From: Eledone cirrhosa
Lineage: Eukaryota
Reading direction: 5' to 3'
DNA length: 64,000 bases
NCBI GenBank assembly: GCA_964016885.1
Contig: OZ024759.1
Coordinates: forward strand, 14,012,001-14,076,000
Part shown: piece by piece, positions 51,957 through 63,997 of the stretch
How positions within the stretch are numbered: the first letter of the stretch is position 1
Layout of the letters: every line of letters begins with the position of its first letter
The notes under the pieces: model-generated
The model's database searches: none
The model's input: only the letters and a program-made list of their open reading frames with translations
Told to the model about the DNA's origin: nothing
Position numbers and translations under genes: made by a program

Positions 51957-52680
51957 GTGAGTGAGAGAGTCATATATCTTATGAGAACACACACACTATT
52001 TTGTACACACAACGCATATATATCTAGGAAGAATACGTGCTTCAGATGGAAAATCTTATTCGTTATGGCTATTTCATGATTCGATGAGAACCACTATGAA
52101 GTACATATTTTTCCTAGATATGCTTTGTATGTGTGTACAAAATACTGTGTGCTCTCATAAGATATATGTTTCTTTCTCTCTCCCTATATAAACTACTAAA
52201 ACTCTGTGGTTGTGTGCTTGTCTGTAATTTAATACAGCCAAAACGGTGCATGATGGGAAAATACTTTGAAAGGAAGTAGCTCCTAAAATGGCAATACAAA
52301 TGGAATAAAACAAGTTTTGTGTAAATCTGAGCACGGGTTCCCGAGATACAGGGTTTTTCCGGGTACCTTCATAAATAGTCAACAGCTCCGTGATAGCCAA
52401 ATCAGATCACTAGCGTGCTTACCGTTGTTTCATTTCCAGCAAGCCTTAGTGCAGTCAAGTTAAAGACAGACAGGAAGAGATCCCGCTTAGGTAACACCTA
52501 AGAAATCTTGTTGAAGAAATTCTATATTTCTTGAAATCTGGACTACTTGACTCCAATGTTTAATGTATTTCTGTGCAAATTCCAACCCAAACAGTCACGT
52601 CTTATAGAAAATATTCTAATAGATATTTCAAATATTTACTACATTCCTTGTTATATGCTTGGCTTAAATAGATCAATTTT

Positions 52681-52959
52681 ACTGATAAGTTTCAGAAAGC
52701 TGGTACAATGTGGTAGAAATATATAAAGGGCAAAGGATGACAAACAATACAAAGTAATGTTTTACCCAGTATATTTCAATATATTTCAAGGCTAATACAC
52801 TCTTTTCAAATGGGAAATGAAAACACTTCAAAACAAAAGAGTGTATTAGCCCTGAAATATGTTGAAATATACTGGATAAAACATTACTTTGTTTTGTTTT
52901 GTCATTCTTTGCCCTTTATATATTTCTACATTGTACCAACTTTCTGAAACTTATCGGTC
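52681..52959. repeat. Long inverted repeat (foldback), ~125-bp arms and ~28-nt loop
   Basis: actgataagtttcagaaag...gctaatacactctttt mirrors aaaagagtgtattagc...ctttctgaaacttatcggt. Confidence 0.9.
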
Positions 52960-53040
52960 ATTTATTATATATCTCACAATGCTTTGTATTAACTGTATAC
53001 TTTATACCAGTTTTAGATTAAATTCTCATTAACATAATCT

Positions 53041-53269
53041 TTAACCCTTTAGCATTTAAACCAGACATAACTGGCCAGAATTCTTTAACCTCTTTCTTTT
53101 CAAACTGGTTTTAACTGGTCGCTTATACTGGCGTTAAGGTATTGTTCTCAAAATAAATAACATCAAAATCTCATAGATTGGATATTATGTGAGATAATTA
53201 TGTATGATAAAGCCATTACCACAAAAATACAATAGTATATATAGCGTAATGTAAATGCTAAAGGGTTAA
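53041..53269 (+). mobile_element. piggyBac-like MITE family A copy abutting a family B MITE through a shared TTAA
   Basis: Complete TIRs, followed directly by ttaaccagtttgttaccatatttc, the family B left end. Confidence 0.85.
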
Positions 53270-53836
53270 CCAGTTTGTTACCATATTTCTTATGAAAAAA
53301 CACTGCATATATTATTTTCAAGTAATTTCAGAAATAAATTTCTGGAAGTATTTAATATAACTTTTCCATTATTAAACTGGTGTTTGGAACATAACTTAGC
53401 AAAGGTTCTTACATAAAATTATGATGGAAGATTTTTAGATAAATATAAACAAACATTTTATCGTCTGACGAATGCTAGCGTGGAAAGTGAACATTAAATG
53501 ATGATGAGTTTAACATTTTCATTACTGTATTTCTAATGACATTGTCTGTAATTTTTATATCATTTTGAAAATAATCAAGAATTTGGAGGGATTTAGTAGT
53601 ATGACTTTATCATTATTTAGCTAGTGTTTGGAACATAACTTAAAGGTTCTTACATAAAATTAGGATGCAGTGTTTTTTTGTTTTTTACTAGATAAATATT
53701 AACACTTTAAAATAAACAGCTTTGTATTGTAGAACAAAACATTCTGAAAAGCCTTTCATAGATGAAAATAAGCTAAGTTGATTCCTGGTTAATGAATTTA
53801 AAGGAAAAAATATTTTTTGTTCCATTCAATTTATAG

Positions 53837-53978
53837 GGAGGTAGGTCAAATGATGAGTTTGATAGAGATCGTAAAATGTACAGCTCAACAGCAAGAGGAT
53901 TACAAGGCACAACTACTGCTGGGCGTATGCGATCTGACCAAGTAGCTGTTGCAGCCTCACCTAGTGGCGATTATGGCA
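53837..53978 (+). CDS. CSNK1D: CK1 delta/epsilon coding exon 7, start of the regulatory C-terminal tail (GGRSNDEFDRDRKMYSSTARGLQGTTTAGRMRSDQVAVAASPSGDYG)
   Basis: tttatag acceptor in phase 0, open 142-nt frame, A|gtaagt donor; TARGL...TAGRMR resembles vertebrate ATRGLPSTASGRLR as recalled. Confidence 0.88.
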
Positions 53979-54139
53979 GTAAGTACATTTCATTTTTATT
54001 TTAATTTAAAAAAAAAAATTTTTTTTTTCCTTTTCAAATTCACTTTCCAAAATTGAAGAAGAGTTTTAAGGAAACATTACCAAAAATAAATGATTATTTC
54101 AAATACTCTATATTCTTGTATATAAGTCACACCTCCTTG

Positions 54140-54178
<39 letters not shown>

Positions 54179-54223
54179 CTGTAGAAAAGGTAAAGAAGAG
54201 TGCTCTATGTATTGTACAGAGCT

Positions 54224-54370
54224 ATTTAATTACATAATAAACATCACAATATAGTTATATCATTACTGAAGGTTTCAAGAAACTGGATGATTTTTGCAAG
54301 AATCATCCAGTTTCTTGAAACCTTTGGTAATGAAATAATTATATTGTGTTGTTTATTATGTAATTAAATA
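54224..54370. repeat. Near-perfect ~147-bp palindrome
   Basis: tatttaattacataataaac...ggtttcaagaaactggatgatt mirrors aatcatccagtttcttgaaacc...gtttattatgtaattaaata. Confidence 0.9.
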
Positions 54371-54387
54371 TATATACATATATATAG

Positions 54388-54832
54388 TGAAGGCACATGG
54401 CTTAGTGGTTAGAGCATTGGGCTTGGTATCGAAAGGTTGCGAGTTCAATTCTCAGACCGGGTGATGTGTTGTTGCCGTGAACAAGACACTTTATTTCACA
54501 TTGCTCCAGTTTACTCAGCTGTAGAAATGAGATGATAGGCCTGGGGTCCCTATCATTCCACTGCAAAGTGGTTGTGGAAGTGCCATGGCAAAAAAAAAAA
54601 GCACCCAGCCCACACTGTAAATTGGACGTGTAGGCGCCACGGAAAAAAAAGCACCCAGCACTCACTGTAAGTGAGGTTGGTGTTAGGAAGGGCATCCAGC
54701 TGTAGAAATCAAGCCAGAATCAGTTCCCGTATGAGCAAGACAAGGTCAGCCAACTGGACACTGCCCACCACAGGATAACCCGTCTAACCCATGCTAGCAT
54801 GGCAGAACGGACGTAAAACGGTGATGATGATG

Positions 54833-54833
<1 letters not shown>
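54388..54833 (+). mobile_element. CORE-type SINE copy with a longer tail
   Basis: Same head, core and tail as 46441-46786. Confidence 0.85.
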
Positions 54834-54893
<60 letters not shown>

Positions 54894-55239
54894 CAGCTTC
54901 ATTAATATTTCAAGTCGAAAGATTTATCCATTTGTGGTGAGGAGAAACAAGTGCAAGGGTAGGTAGCTCAGTCGCATGAGCTAGTTTCTTATGACTGCTT
55001 ATCTTTCTCTTCTCTTCTCCCTCAGTAAATTGACATTTATCTGTGTGTTTGTGTGTATGTGTGTATATATATATATATATAAGTAGTGGTTCAACTGCGA
55101 GTTTGGTGGTGTTAGCTAGTTACCTCTTATATACCCACTCTGCATCATACCATGTATCGAGTACTTCTCTGGTTTGTGGTCTTCCAGGTCCCAGTATATA
55201 TATATATAAAATCCTCATCATTTAACATCTTTTTTCATC

Positions 55240-55889
55240 AGATGCACAGGGATAGTTAGGAGTAAGAGCATTAGAAAAATATGTTTTCCAACCCCAGGAT
55301 GGCTCCATAGAAATGGTTGATAGCTTCTGTGACCTAGGTGATAAAATTAGTGGGGGAGGAAAGTGCGGCGTGAGCCTAATAGCTAGAGTAAGAACAGGAT
55401 GGAAAACGTTCAGAGAGCTGCTACCTCTACTGACAGTAAAAGGTTTCTCTCTATGAAAGAAAGGCCAACTTTATAATGCCTGTATATAAAGTGCATGTTA
55501 ATGAACGAGGAGGATCTGTGAAGGCTGGCGAGAAATAGAGTAAGCATGCTTTGATGGATGTGCAATGTTAATGTGTGAAAGGTAAAGCAGAGATGATCTG
55601 AGATAGAGGCTGGATATAAGGGGAATTAGATGTAGTGTGCAGGAGACAGTGCTGGTATGGACATGTGATGTGTCTAGATGATAATTGTTGGGTGAAGAAG
55701 TGCCAGGAAATCTCAGTGGATAGAAGCTGCAGTAAAGGTAGACCAAGACAGGGGTGGTGAGAGCTGATCTCAAATTGCTGAGACTCAACAGAGGAGGACC
55801 GAGTTGATTGGAAAGAAGCTATGCTAGAAAAAGCCTGCCGAACCCATGCAAGCATGGTAAAGTGGACCTAAACTGTTGATGATGATGAT
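55240..55889 (+). mobile_element. Degenerate RTE-like LINE 3' fragment
   Basis: DNA similarity to the C-terminal part of the 21.6-kb ORF (gctagagtaagaacaggatggaaaacgttcagagagct...); (gat)n tail. Confidence 0.8.
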
Positions 55890-56567
55890 ATATATATATA
55901 TATATATATATATACTTCATCATCATCATCATTTACTATCTGTGCTTACATAGGCTAGAGAGGTTCTCATGTTAAGAGACAAGTCTAGTCAAGTGACCAC
56001 GTCTTGCACATATGGATCTGTTTTTTGGCTTGGATTCTACAGCTGAATGCCCTTCCTAACGCCAACCATCTTGCAGCGTTGACTGAGTGCTTTTTTTTTC
56101 CAATTTACTAGCATGAATATATATGTACCCAGTACATCCTTTAAGATGGTTGTCATTAGAAAAAGCATTCAGCCCTAGAAACTATGCCAAATATGGAACA
56201 TAAAGATGATTAGGGAGTCACTTCAACTAGTCTGGTCACAAATTGTGGCAACCAATCCAACTCCTGCTGGTGTGGAAAGCAGATATAAAATTATTTATAT
56301 ATATACACATATACATATTTGTAAAATTGGAGTATTCTCAGTGTGAAGGGTAGCCGTAAACAGCTGGATACTACATGTATAGTAAAAGTTTTGGGGGGTT
56401 AAGATATAACCTCAAATCAAACAGAGTGGGAGAGAGAAGAAACAGGAAGTACGAGATGAGCAATGAGAGGGTTGTGTGTGTGTGTGTGTGTGTGTGTTAA
56501 GGTGCAAATTAATTGCATCTGTAAGCAGTATGCCGGATGAGCACTCGATGTGAGTCTACATGTTAAA

Positions 56568-56659
56568 ACATATCTGAGGAGCTTCCGATTCCAGAGTCGA
56601 GTTCAATCATTAATCAATCGTTTCTCAAGCTGATCGACAGTGAAACATTTGTAATATGT
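56568..56659 (+). ncRNA. Putative minimal type-I hammerhead ribozyme, intact core, long stem-II loop
   Basis: Stem I acatat/atatgt; CTGAGGA 56574-56580; GAAA 56642-56645; C-attt-G stem III; GUA triplet 56651-56653. Confidence 0.6.
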
Positions 56660-57237
56660 ATATGACGCAACACTGATTCTTTGTTCCCTTATATAATACT
56701 ATATACACACACACACACACACAACCATATGTACTTGTACTTATGTATAAGTTGCACCTACTTTGTGTTTATGGTATTTTGAACCCTGAGCGAGGTTCAA
56801 CAGGTAAACTGCAGGTAGCTTTCTGTGTCTTTTTTTTTCTTTCCCCTCAGTGTAAAAAAGCCCCCTAAAATCTGTGACTTATGTACAGGTAAATACAGTA
56901 GTTGATATATTTGTATTTCATTTAAAAATAACTGCCATGTGATAAAATAATTTAGCCACAACTCTACCCTATCTATTATTATATTTTTAGCTATTTTATG
57001 ATTATATTACATTAGAAAAAAAAATGTATATGCTTAACTCTTAACATCCTGCATTGCATGACCCCACATTAGCAAGATATTGTTAAAAAATACCAAACTA
57101 CATAATGATTACATCATGTTAAAAATTAAGTCTTTACTGAAATACTGAAACCACATTAGCAAGGTATTGTTCTCTATGACTGCATCATATTAAAAACTAA
57201 AGTTTTTACTCTAGTACTGGACAATGAACTATCTACT

Positions 57238-57438
57238 ACAGGCATGTCAGACATGCAGTCCTTTAGAAGTACACCTGCGACCTGCACAAGGGTTTTTACA
57301 GCGTGAGCATGTTTTATCTTCGTAATATAAAATATAAAAAATTAGTTGTAATGTGCGCAATTAGTTGTTGTGTGTGTGGCCCTCAGACAACACATGTGGC
57401 CCTTGGGGAGGGGGGGGCTCAGTTTGATATGCCTGGTC
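57238..57438. mobile_element. hAT-like MITE
   Basis: Inverted termini caggcatgtcagac ... gtttgatatgcctg with ggccc subterminal motifs. Confidence 0.5.
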
Positions 57439-58071
57439 TATTAACCCTTTAACATTTAAACTGGCCATATCTGACCAGAATTCTCTCACCTCTTTCTGTT
57501 TAAACCGGCCATAACTGGCCCCTCATATTTATGTTAAGGTATTGTTCTCAAAATATATAATATCAAAATATCATAAATTCAATATTATGTGAGATAAAGC
57601 CTTTACTGTGAAAATATAATAGTATATATAGAGTAATGTAAATGCTGAAGGGTTGAAGATATAAACAAGCTTATTTTCTGGAGGGTTTTTTGCTGAATCA
57701 TTACAGCATGTTAAGAGTTATTAATACATTTGCGTTTGATCTTGATAAAAAAAAATCTTTTCAAGTGTATTAATAACTATAGTTGTTTTTAACTGACTAC
57801 TGTTACTATGCAAAGGCACATAGCCTAGTGATTAGGGTGTTGGGCTTATAATCATGTTATGGGTTCAATTCCTTAGTTGGGTGGCAGCTTATGTTCTTGA
57901 GCCAGATACTTTATTTCACGTGACTCCAGCCATCTCAGTTGAAAATTAGGACCAGCAGTCGGGGGAGTTAATCCTGTAATGGACTAGCATTTTATCCAGG
58001 AGACAAGTCTTGTATTCTCAATTGTTTAATGTAATGAAATAGAGATGAGACAGATTTCAATTTTTTACCTC

Positions 58072-58225
58072 AATTCCGGCATTTTGGGCCCCCGCGGACC
58101 ACTTCTCTACTCAGTGCTAACAGAGCAGAATTGGCTACCTGCAGGTGCGAGGTGGAGTGGCTGTTTCAGTGCATCTTCCTTGCCATTCCCCGGAGCAATT
58201 ATTCTCCATCCTGTTGGCCAGGACC
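58072..58225 (+). mobile_element. Second degenerate CRE-like C-terminal fragment
   Basis: SGILGP, then a frameshift, then TTSLLSANRAELATCRCEVEWLFQCIFLAIPRSN; aligns with 32765-32965. Confidence 0.55.
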
Positions 58226-59114
58226 CAAAGACAGAGGGTAGGTTAGCTGGAGGTGGAAGATACTCATAACTTTCTTTCTATCTCTATATGTACTAACAAA
58301 ATTAAAGATCTCATGTCTGAGAAGATCAGAAACATGTGCCGTACCACCTGTAGAAGCTCAAAGATTCTAAGGAATAAATCTGAGCATTTATTAAAAATTA
58401 AATTAAAGGCCGATTGACACATATATATATAAAATAACATATCAGACATTGACAGGGGATAATTTGTAAAGGGTATAAACACACATAGTTTTGGAGGTAA
58501 CATATTAAAATTTAACGAGAACTTTGAATTTTGTATATATATGTCAATCGTCCTTTAATTTAATTTTTATATCTATATGTAGGAATAGCTTGAATCAATT
58601 GTTTAATAAACGCTTCTTTCTCCTAGTAAAGTAGTAAAGATACTATAAACATTTGAATTAATAAACCACATTAGCAAGACATTGTTGAAAAGTACAAAAC
58701 AGCACTAGGACTGCATCACATTAAAAATTAGTTTTTAGTTTTTATACTGCAGATTTTCACACTGGTCTGTTCACCAGTAAAGATAGTATAAATATTTGAA
58801 CCAACAGATATGTTTTGAGATATTTTTTGCTAAGTCATTAGAGGATGTTAAGAGTTAATTAAGATTTTTAAAATTTCTTTTCATATGGTTTCAATTTTTT
58901 GTTGAGTTAGTTTTAATATCTTTATGTTTCATGATATGAAAATGTGTTGGATAAAGTTGTGTCACAATTCAATTATATGTTTTATGACTTGAAATGTTTA
59001 TTATTTAGATTGTACAGTGGAATTGTTGTCAATGTTTTGTGATTTAGATAGAAACTTAGAAAGGAATGGTGAAAAAACCCCATATTGTTTAGTCAGAATG
59101 GACATGTGAACTGA

Positions 59115-59320
59115 AGTGGTGGGTGGATATATCAATGTACCAAGATTGTGGCCCATGGTAGAAGACAGAGAAGGGGGCGTTCATGTAAGATCTGGATGGT
59201 GGATACATCAGTGTGCCAAGATTGTGGCCCCTGGTAGAAGACAGAGAAGGGGGTGTTCATGTAAGACCTGGATGGTGGGTGGATACATCGATGTGCCAAG
59301 ATTGTGGCCCCTGGTATACA
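59115..59320. repeat. ~78-bp tandem repeat, about 2.5 copies
   Basis: ggtggatacatc..tgtgccaagattgtggcccctggtagaagacagagaagggg repeated. Confidence 0.8.
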
Positions 59321-60125
59321 TAGGAGACCTGGGGAAAAGTAATCAGGGATGATCTGGAACCTGGACTAAAACCTATCCCTGGAACAAACACTTCTAGAGA
59401 GATGCTTTCAAAGAGGCTACCAAAATGTCCAATGCAAGTAAAGACATTAAACCTGACACTGATGATGATGATAGTTTTTCGATCAATGGAATAACCTGCT
59501 TGTGTAATTAATGTACAAGTGGCTGAGTATTATACAGATAGATTATTGTATCCTTAAGGTAATTCTCAGGGAGATTCAGCATGACAAAGCTGGCCCTTTG
59601 AATTAAATATGCTGTAGTCCATCTGATAAGCTTCTAACCAGTTTCCATCCACCCAGTTTCACTCACAAGTCTTGGGTTGACTCAAGTCAATGGTAAAAGA
59701 AACTTGTCCAAGTTGCTACACTACAGAGATTGAGCAGAGATCTTCATAATTGTAAAGCAAACTTCTTAACCCTTCAGCCATGCTTACATATACATAATCC
59801 CTTCATATTGTAGGAAGTGACTAAAAGTGTTTGTATAAGGAAAGGCAAAATTGCCCCCCAAAAAACTTCCATAATGAGTATGAAGTTTGTCATGGAGCTC
59901 ACTGGGCAACTGGAAAGGTTGGTGCCAAGAAGAGCACTTTGTTGTAAAACATTTCCTCAAAAAGGACCCTATGGCAATTATGAAACCTGTCACTAGACTC
60001 ACAAGTTCAACCCCTGCTTATAGCTGTGAAAATGACCTTTTATCAAATTAAGTCAACTACTAGGGTTGATCTAACTAACTATACTAGGTTGTGCAATAAC
60101 TGAGACCAACAAAAGAATTTTATAC

Positions 60126-60532
60126 TTTTTCTTCTTCTTCTTGAGAGGCTTATGGGGGCAGAGTCCTCAAACGCTCCTTCCAGCGGGTCTTGTTAAAAGC
60201 AACTGTCTCCAATTCATCTAGCTGGATCCCAAGTGAGATCAGCCGAGTTCATGAATGTTATCCAACCACCTTGCTCAGAGTCCACCCCTGGGTCTCCTGT
60301 CAGTTGGTTTTGCCCATAAAATCTGTCCAGCAATTCTTTCCGGAGAACATTTTAACCACATGCCCATAGTCTTGGAGCTGTGATCAATCAATTCGGAGTA
60401 GTAGTGGCTCTACTTGGAGTGACTCTCTGATCTCAGAGCTACATACTCCAAACACCTATCGAAGGAACCCTATTTCAGCCGCTTGTATTTGCGATTATAT
60501 TCTTTTGGTCATTACCCAAGATTCATGACCAA
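60126..60532 (-). mobile_element. 3' fragment of another RTE-like LINE family with a (GAA)n tail
   Basis: Minus strand encodes GHESWVMT..IQAAE.GFLR..GHVV..ILWAKPT.RRPRG; cttcttcttc tail; homologous to 37625-37875. Confidence 0.75.
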
Positions 60533-60823
60533 AGTATCTTTATGGAGACAACTCATAAATATACTTTGTTTTCAACTTGAATAATTATTTGTTGGTATTG
60601 TGTTTATTTTCTTCTGCTTCCTTGGAAATCTATATTTACCATATTTTTGGCACTATTCTTCCTTTTATTGTTGTGTGTACCGTTTGTATCAACTGATTTT
60701 GATTAGAAACAAAAAAAAAATTTTTTTAATTGCTGTCGCTTTAGTATTCTGCTCAGCTCACACCTAGGTAGATTTAGCTAACCTTCTACAAAGTTGTATC
60801 TCATTAGAGGTTTCTTGGCTGTT

Positions 60824-61036
60824 TTAACCCTTTACCGTTTAAACCGGTCGTATCTGGCCAGAATTCTCTCACCTCTTTCTGTTCAAACTTACTGTCATCG
60901 GCCATTCGCACCAATGTTAAAGTATCATTCTCAAAATGAATATCAAATTCTCATAGATTCGATATTATGTGAAATAAAATGTTTACAGGGAAAATATAAT
61001 AGTAAATATAGAGTAATGTGAATGCTAAAGGGTTAA
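60824..61036 (+). mobile_element. piggyBac-like MITE family A copy
   Basis: TTAA flanks and a body matching the other copies. Confidence 0.8.
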
Positions 61037-61694
61037 TGATGGGTGGCGAGCATGTCATGTCATTTTAGTATTGTTCATTTATATAAAACGCACCCAGTAC
61101 ACTCTGTAAAGTGGTTGGTGTTAGGAAGGAAAGGCATTTGGAATGTGAGAATGGTGCATGCCCTCCTCTGTCGGCAGTATGAGGACAATAATTGACTCTG
61201 TTACTAACTTGGTCAGTAACCTATCAAGCCTGTGTCAACATGGAAAAACAGGCATCAATTGATGATAATCATATACTTCTGTGTGAGTGTGTATAAATAT
61301 ATTTATATATATATATTTCTATTTCTAATGATTGATAAGATCCGTCCTGATTCGCTTACTGAGTGAGGTGGAATTTGTCAAATCAAACAAAAGAAACAAT
61401 GTTTCCTTTGGTCTTTCCATTGCTGATACTATCTACTGGTTGCAACTCCTAGCAGAAAGAGTAACATGAAGTAAAGTGTCTTGCTCAAGGACACAACACA
61501 TCGCTTGGTCCTGAAATCAAACTCGCAACATCACGATTGCGAGCCAATTTTCTATCCACCAAGCCACCCACCTTCATACACACCACATGCCCATAGTCTT
61601 GGAGCTGTGATCAACACCAATATTCCTACTGGAAACTACGCATCAAATGCTCACTCTGGTGAACCTACATTAACTGGACGTTACAATCCCTAAA

Positions 61695-62014
61695 TATAGT
61701 GGTTAGACCATTGGCCTTGCAATCGAAAGGTCGTGAGTTCAATCCTCAGACCGGGTTATGTGTTGTTTCCTTGAGCATGACACTTTATTTCACATTGCTC
61801 CAGTTTAATCAGCTGTAGAAATGAGATGATAGGGACGGGGCTCCATATCATTCCACTGCAAAGTGGTCGTGGAGGTGTCACGGCAAAAAAGCACCCAGCA
61901 CTCACTGTAAATGAGGTTGGTGTTAGGAAGGGCATCCAGCTGTAGAAATCAAGCCAGAGTCAGTTCCTGTCCCACCCTTGCAAGCAGGGAAAAAGTGGAC
62001 GTAAAATGAAATGA
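61695..62014 (+). mobile_element. CORE-type SINE copy
   Basis: Same body and tail as 46441-46786; head slightly truncated. Confidence 0.8.
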
Positions 62015-62404
62015 TATATATATATGTAACCATTGTCGTTTTAACATCCACTTTGCCTGCTAGCAAGGATTTAATGGATCTGTATAGACCAAGTCCATAC
62101 TGAAGCAGGGCCACTGGTCTCCCAAGAAAAGGAAGTTATTTGCCACTAATATACTTGGCCATCTCAATGAAAAGATACACTTCTTTTATGTATATGTATG
62201 TAAAATAGAGGGATGACTTGTACACAACTATATAATGTATGTATATAATATGCACACACATATACAAGTAGGATTAATGTAAAGTCCATTTGTTATCCTA
62301 TCAAATTTTCTTATGTTTGTTTATGTAGTGGATGTATGTTGTGTGGTATTTGGATTGTATAGCAATTTACAGTTAATTTGTTGGATTCACTGAACCTTTA
62401 AATA

Positions 62405-63400
62405 ACATTATTTATCACCTCTTCTTACCATCTAATAGTATCTTGTTTATTACCTCTCCTTACCATCTAATAGTATCTTGTTTATTACCTCTCCTTACCA
62501 TATATCTAATAGTATATTGTTTAACACCTCTCCTTACCATCTAATAGTATCTTGTTTAACACCTCTCCTTACCATATATCCAATAGTATATTGTTTATTA
62601 CCTCTCCTTACCATATATCTAATAGTATCTTGTTTATTACCTCTCCTTACCATCTAGTAGTATCTTGTTTAACACCTCTCCTTACCATATATCTACTAGT
62701 ATATTGTTTAACACCTCTCCTTACCATATATCTAATAGTATCTTGTTTAACACCTTTCCTTATCATATATCTAATAGTATCTTGTTTATCACCTCTCCTT
62801 ATCATATATCCAATAGTATATTGTTTATCACCTCTCCTTATCATATATCCAATAGTATCTTGTTTAACACCTCTCCTTATCATATATCTAATAGTATCTT
62901 GTTTAACACCTTTCCTTATCATATATCTAATAGTATCTTGTTTATCACCTCTCCTTATCATATATCCAATAGTATATTGTTTATCACCTCTCCTTATCAT
63001 ATATCCAATAGTATCTTGTTTAACACCTCTCCTTATCATATATCTAATAGTATCTTGTTTAACACCTTTCCTTATCATATATCTAATAGTATCTTGTTTA
63101 TCACCTCTCCTTATCATATATCCAATAGTATATTGTTTATCACCTCTCCTTATCATATATCCAATAGTATCTTGTTTAACACCTCTCCTTATCATATATC
63201 TAATAGTATCTTGTTTAACACCTTTCCTTACCATATATCTAATAGTATCTTGTTTAACACCTTTCCTTATCATATATCTAATAGTATCTTGTTTATCACC
63301 TCTCCTTATCATATATCTAATAGTATCTTGTTTAACACCTTTCCTTATCATATATCTAATAGTATCTTGTTTATCACCTCTCCTTATCATATATCTAATG
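62405..63400. repeat. 39-bp minisatellite (catatatctaatagtatcttgtttaacacctctccttat), about 26 units
   Basis: Period 39, seen as 13-aa repeats in ORFs 62552..63433 and others; some 35-bp units at the left end. Confidence 0.95.
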
Positions 63401-63563
63401 AAAGACACTGCCTATGAGTTTCAAATTTCTTAAGTATTCAAGAATGTAGAGGGAAATAGTAATATTAAAAAAAAGAACTTGCATTCTGTTGGTTCGAATG
63501 ATGACTGTGCCAGTGGATACCATCAATGGCATAGCCTGCTATAAAGAACAACAAACATTTGTT

Positions 63564-63997
63564 TTAACCTTTTAGCATTTACATTAGGTGTAGGTAACAC
63601 CTGTAGACGTGTAGGTAACACTGTAAATGTGGTTGGTGTTAGGAAGGGCATCCAGCCGTAGAAAACCTGCCAAATAGTCCTATACGAGCGAGATACGGTC
63701 ACTCGACCAATCTTGCCTCAAGTGGGACAATTCCTGTCTAACCCATGCTAGCGTGGAAGAATAGACATTAAACGATGATGATGCTGATTATTCTATATAT
63801 ATACTATTGTATTTTTGTGGTAAAGGCTTTATCTCACATAATTATCTCGCATAATATCGAATCTATGAGATTTGATATTATTTATTTTGAGAACAATACC
63901 TTAACATCAGTGTGAAAATCCATTTATGACCAGTTTGAACAGAAAGAGGTGAGAGAATTCTGGTTGGATACAGCCTGTTTAAATGCTAAAGGGTTAA
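63564..63997 (-). mobile_element. MITE family A copy interrupted by an RTE 3'-tail insertion (~63587-63790)
   Basis: Left TIR at 63564, then LINE/SINE tail sequence with (gat)n, then the MITE body resumes to the right TIR at 63997. Confidence 0.8.

Noticed and set aside
53465-53492. CTGACGA...GAAA hammerhead-like match
   Set aside because: The stem and GAAA come from the common SINE/LINE tail (atgctagcgtggaaagt); there is no stem I or UH site.
55000-55035. Acceptor-like polypyrimidine tract (ctcttctccctcag) as CK1 exon 8
   Set aside because: In phase 1 it gives only I-N-stop with no similarity to the CK1 tail; unsupported without transcripts.
62552-63433. 250-293 aa repetitive ORFs in three frames
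   Set aside because: Artefact of a 39-bp (multiple of 3) minisatellite derived from a MITE terminus.
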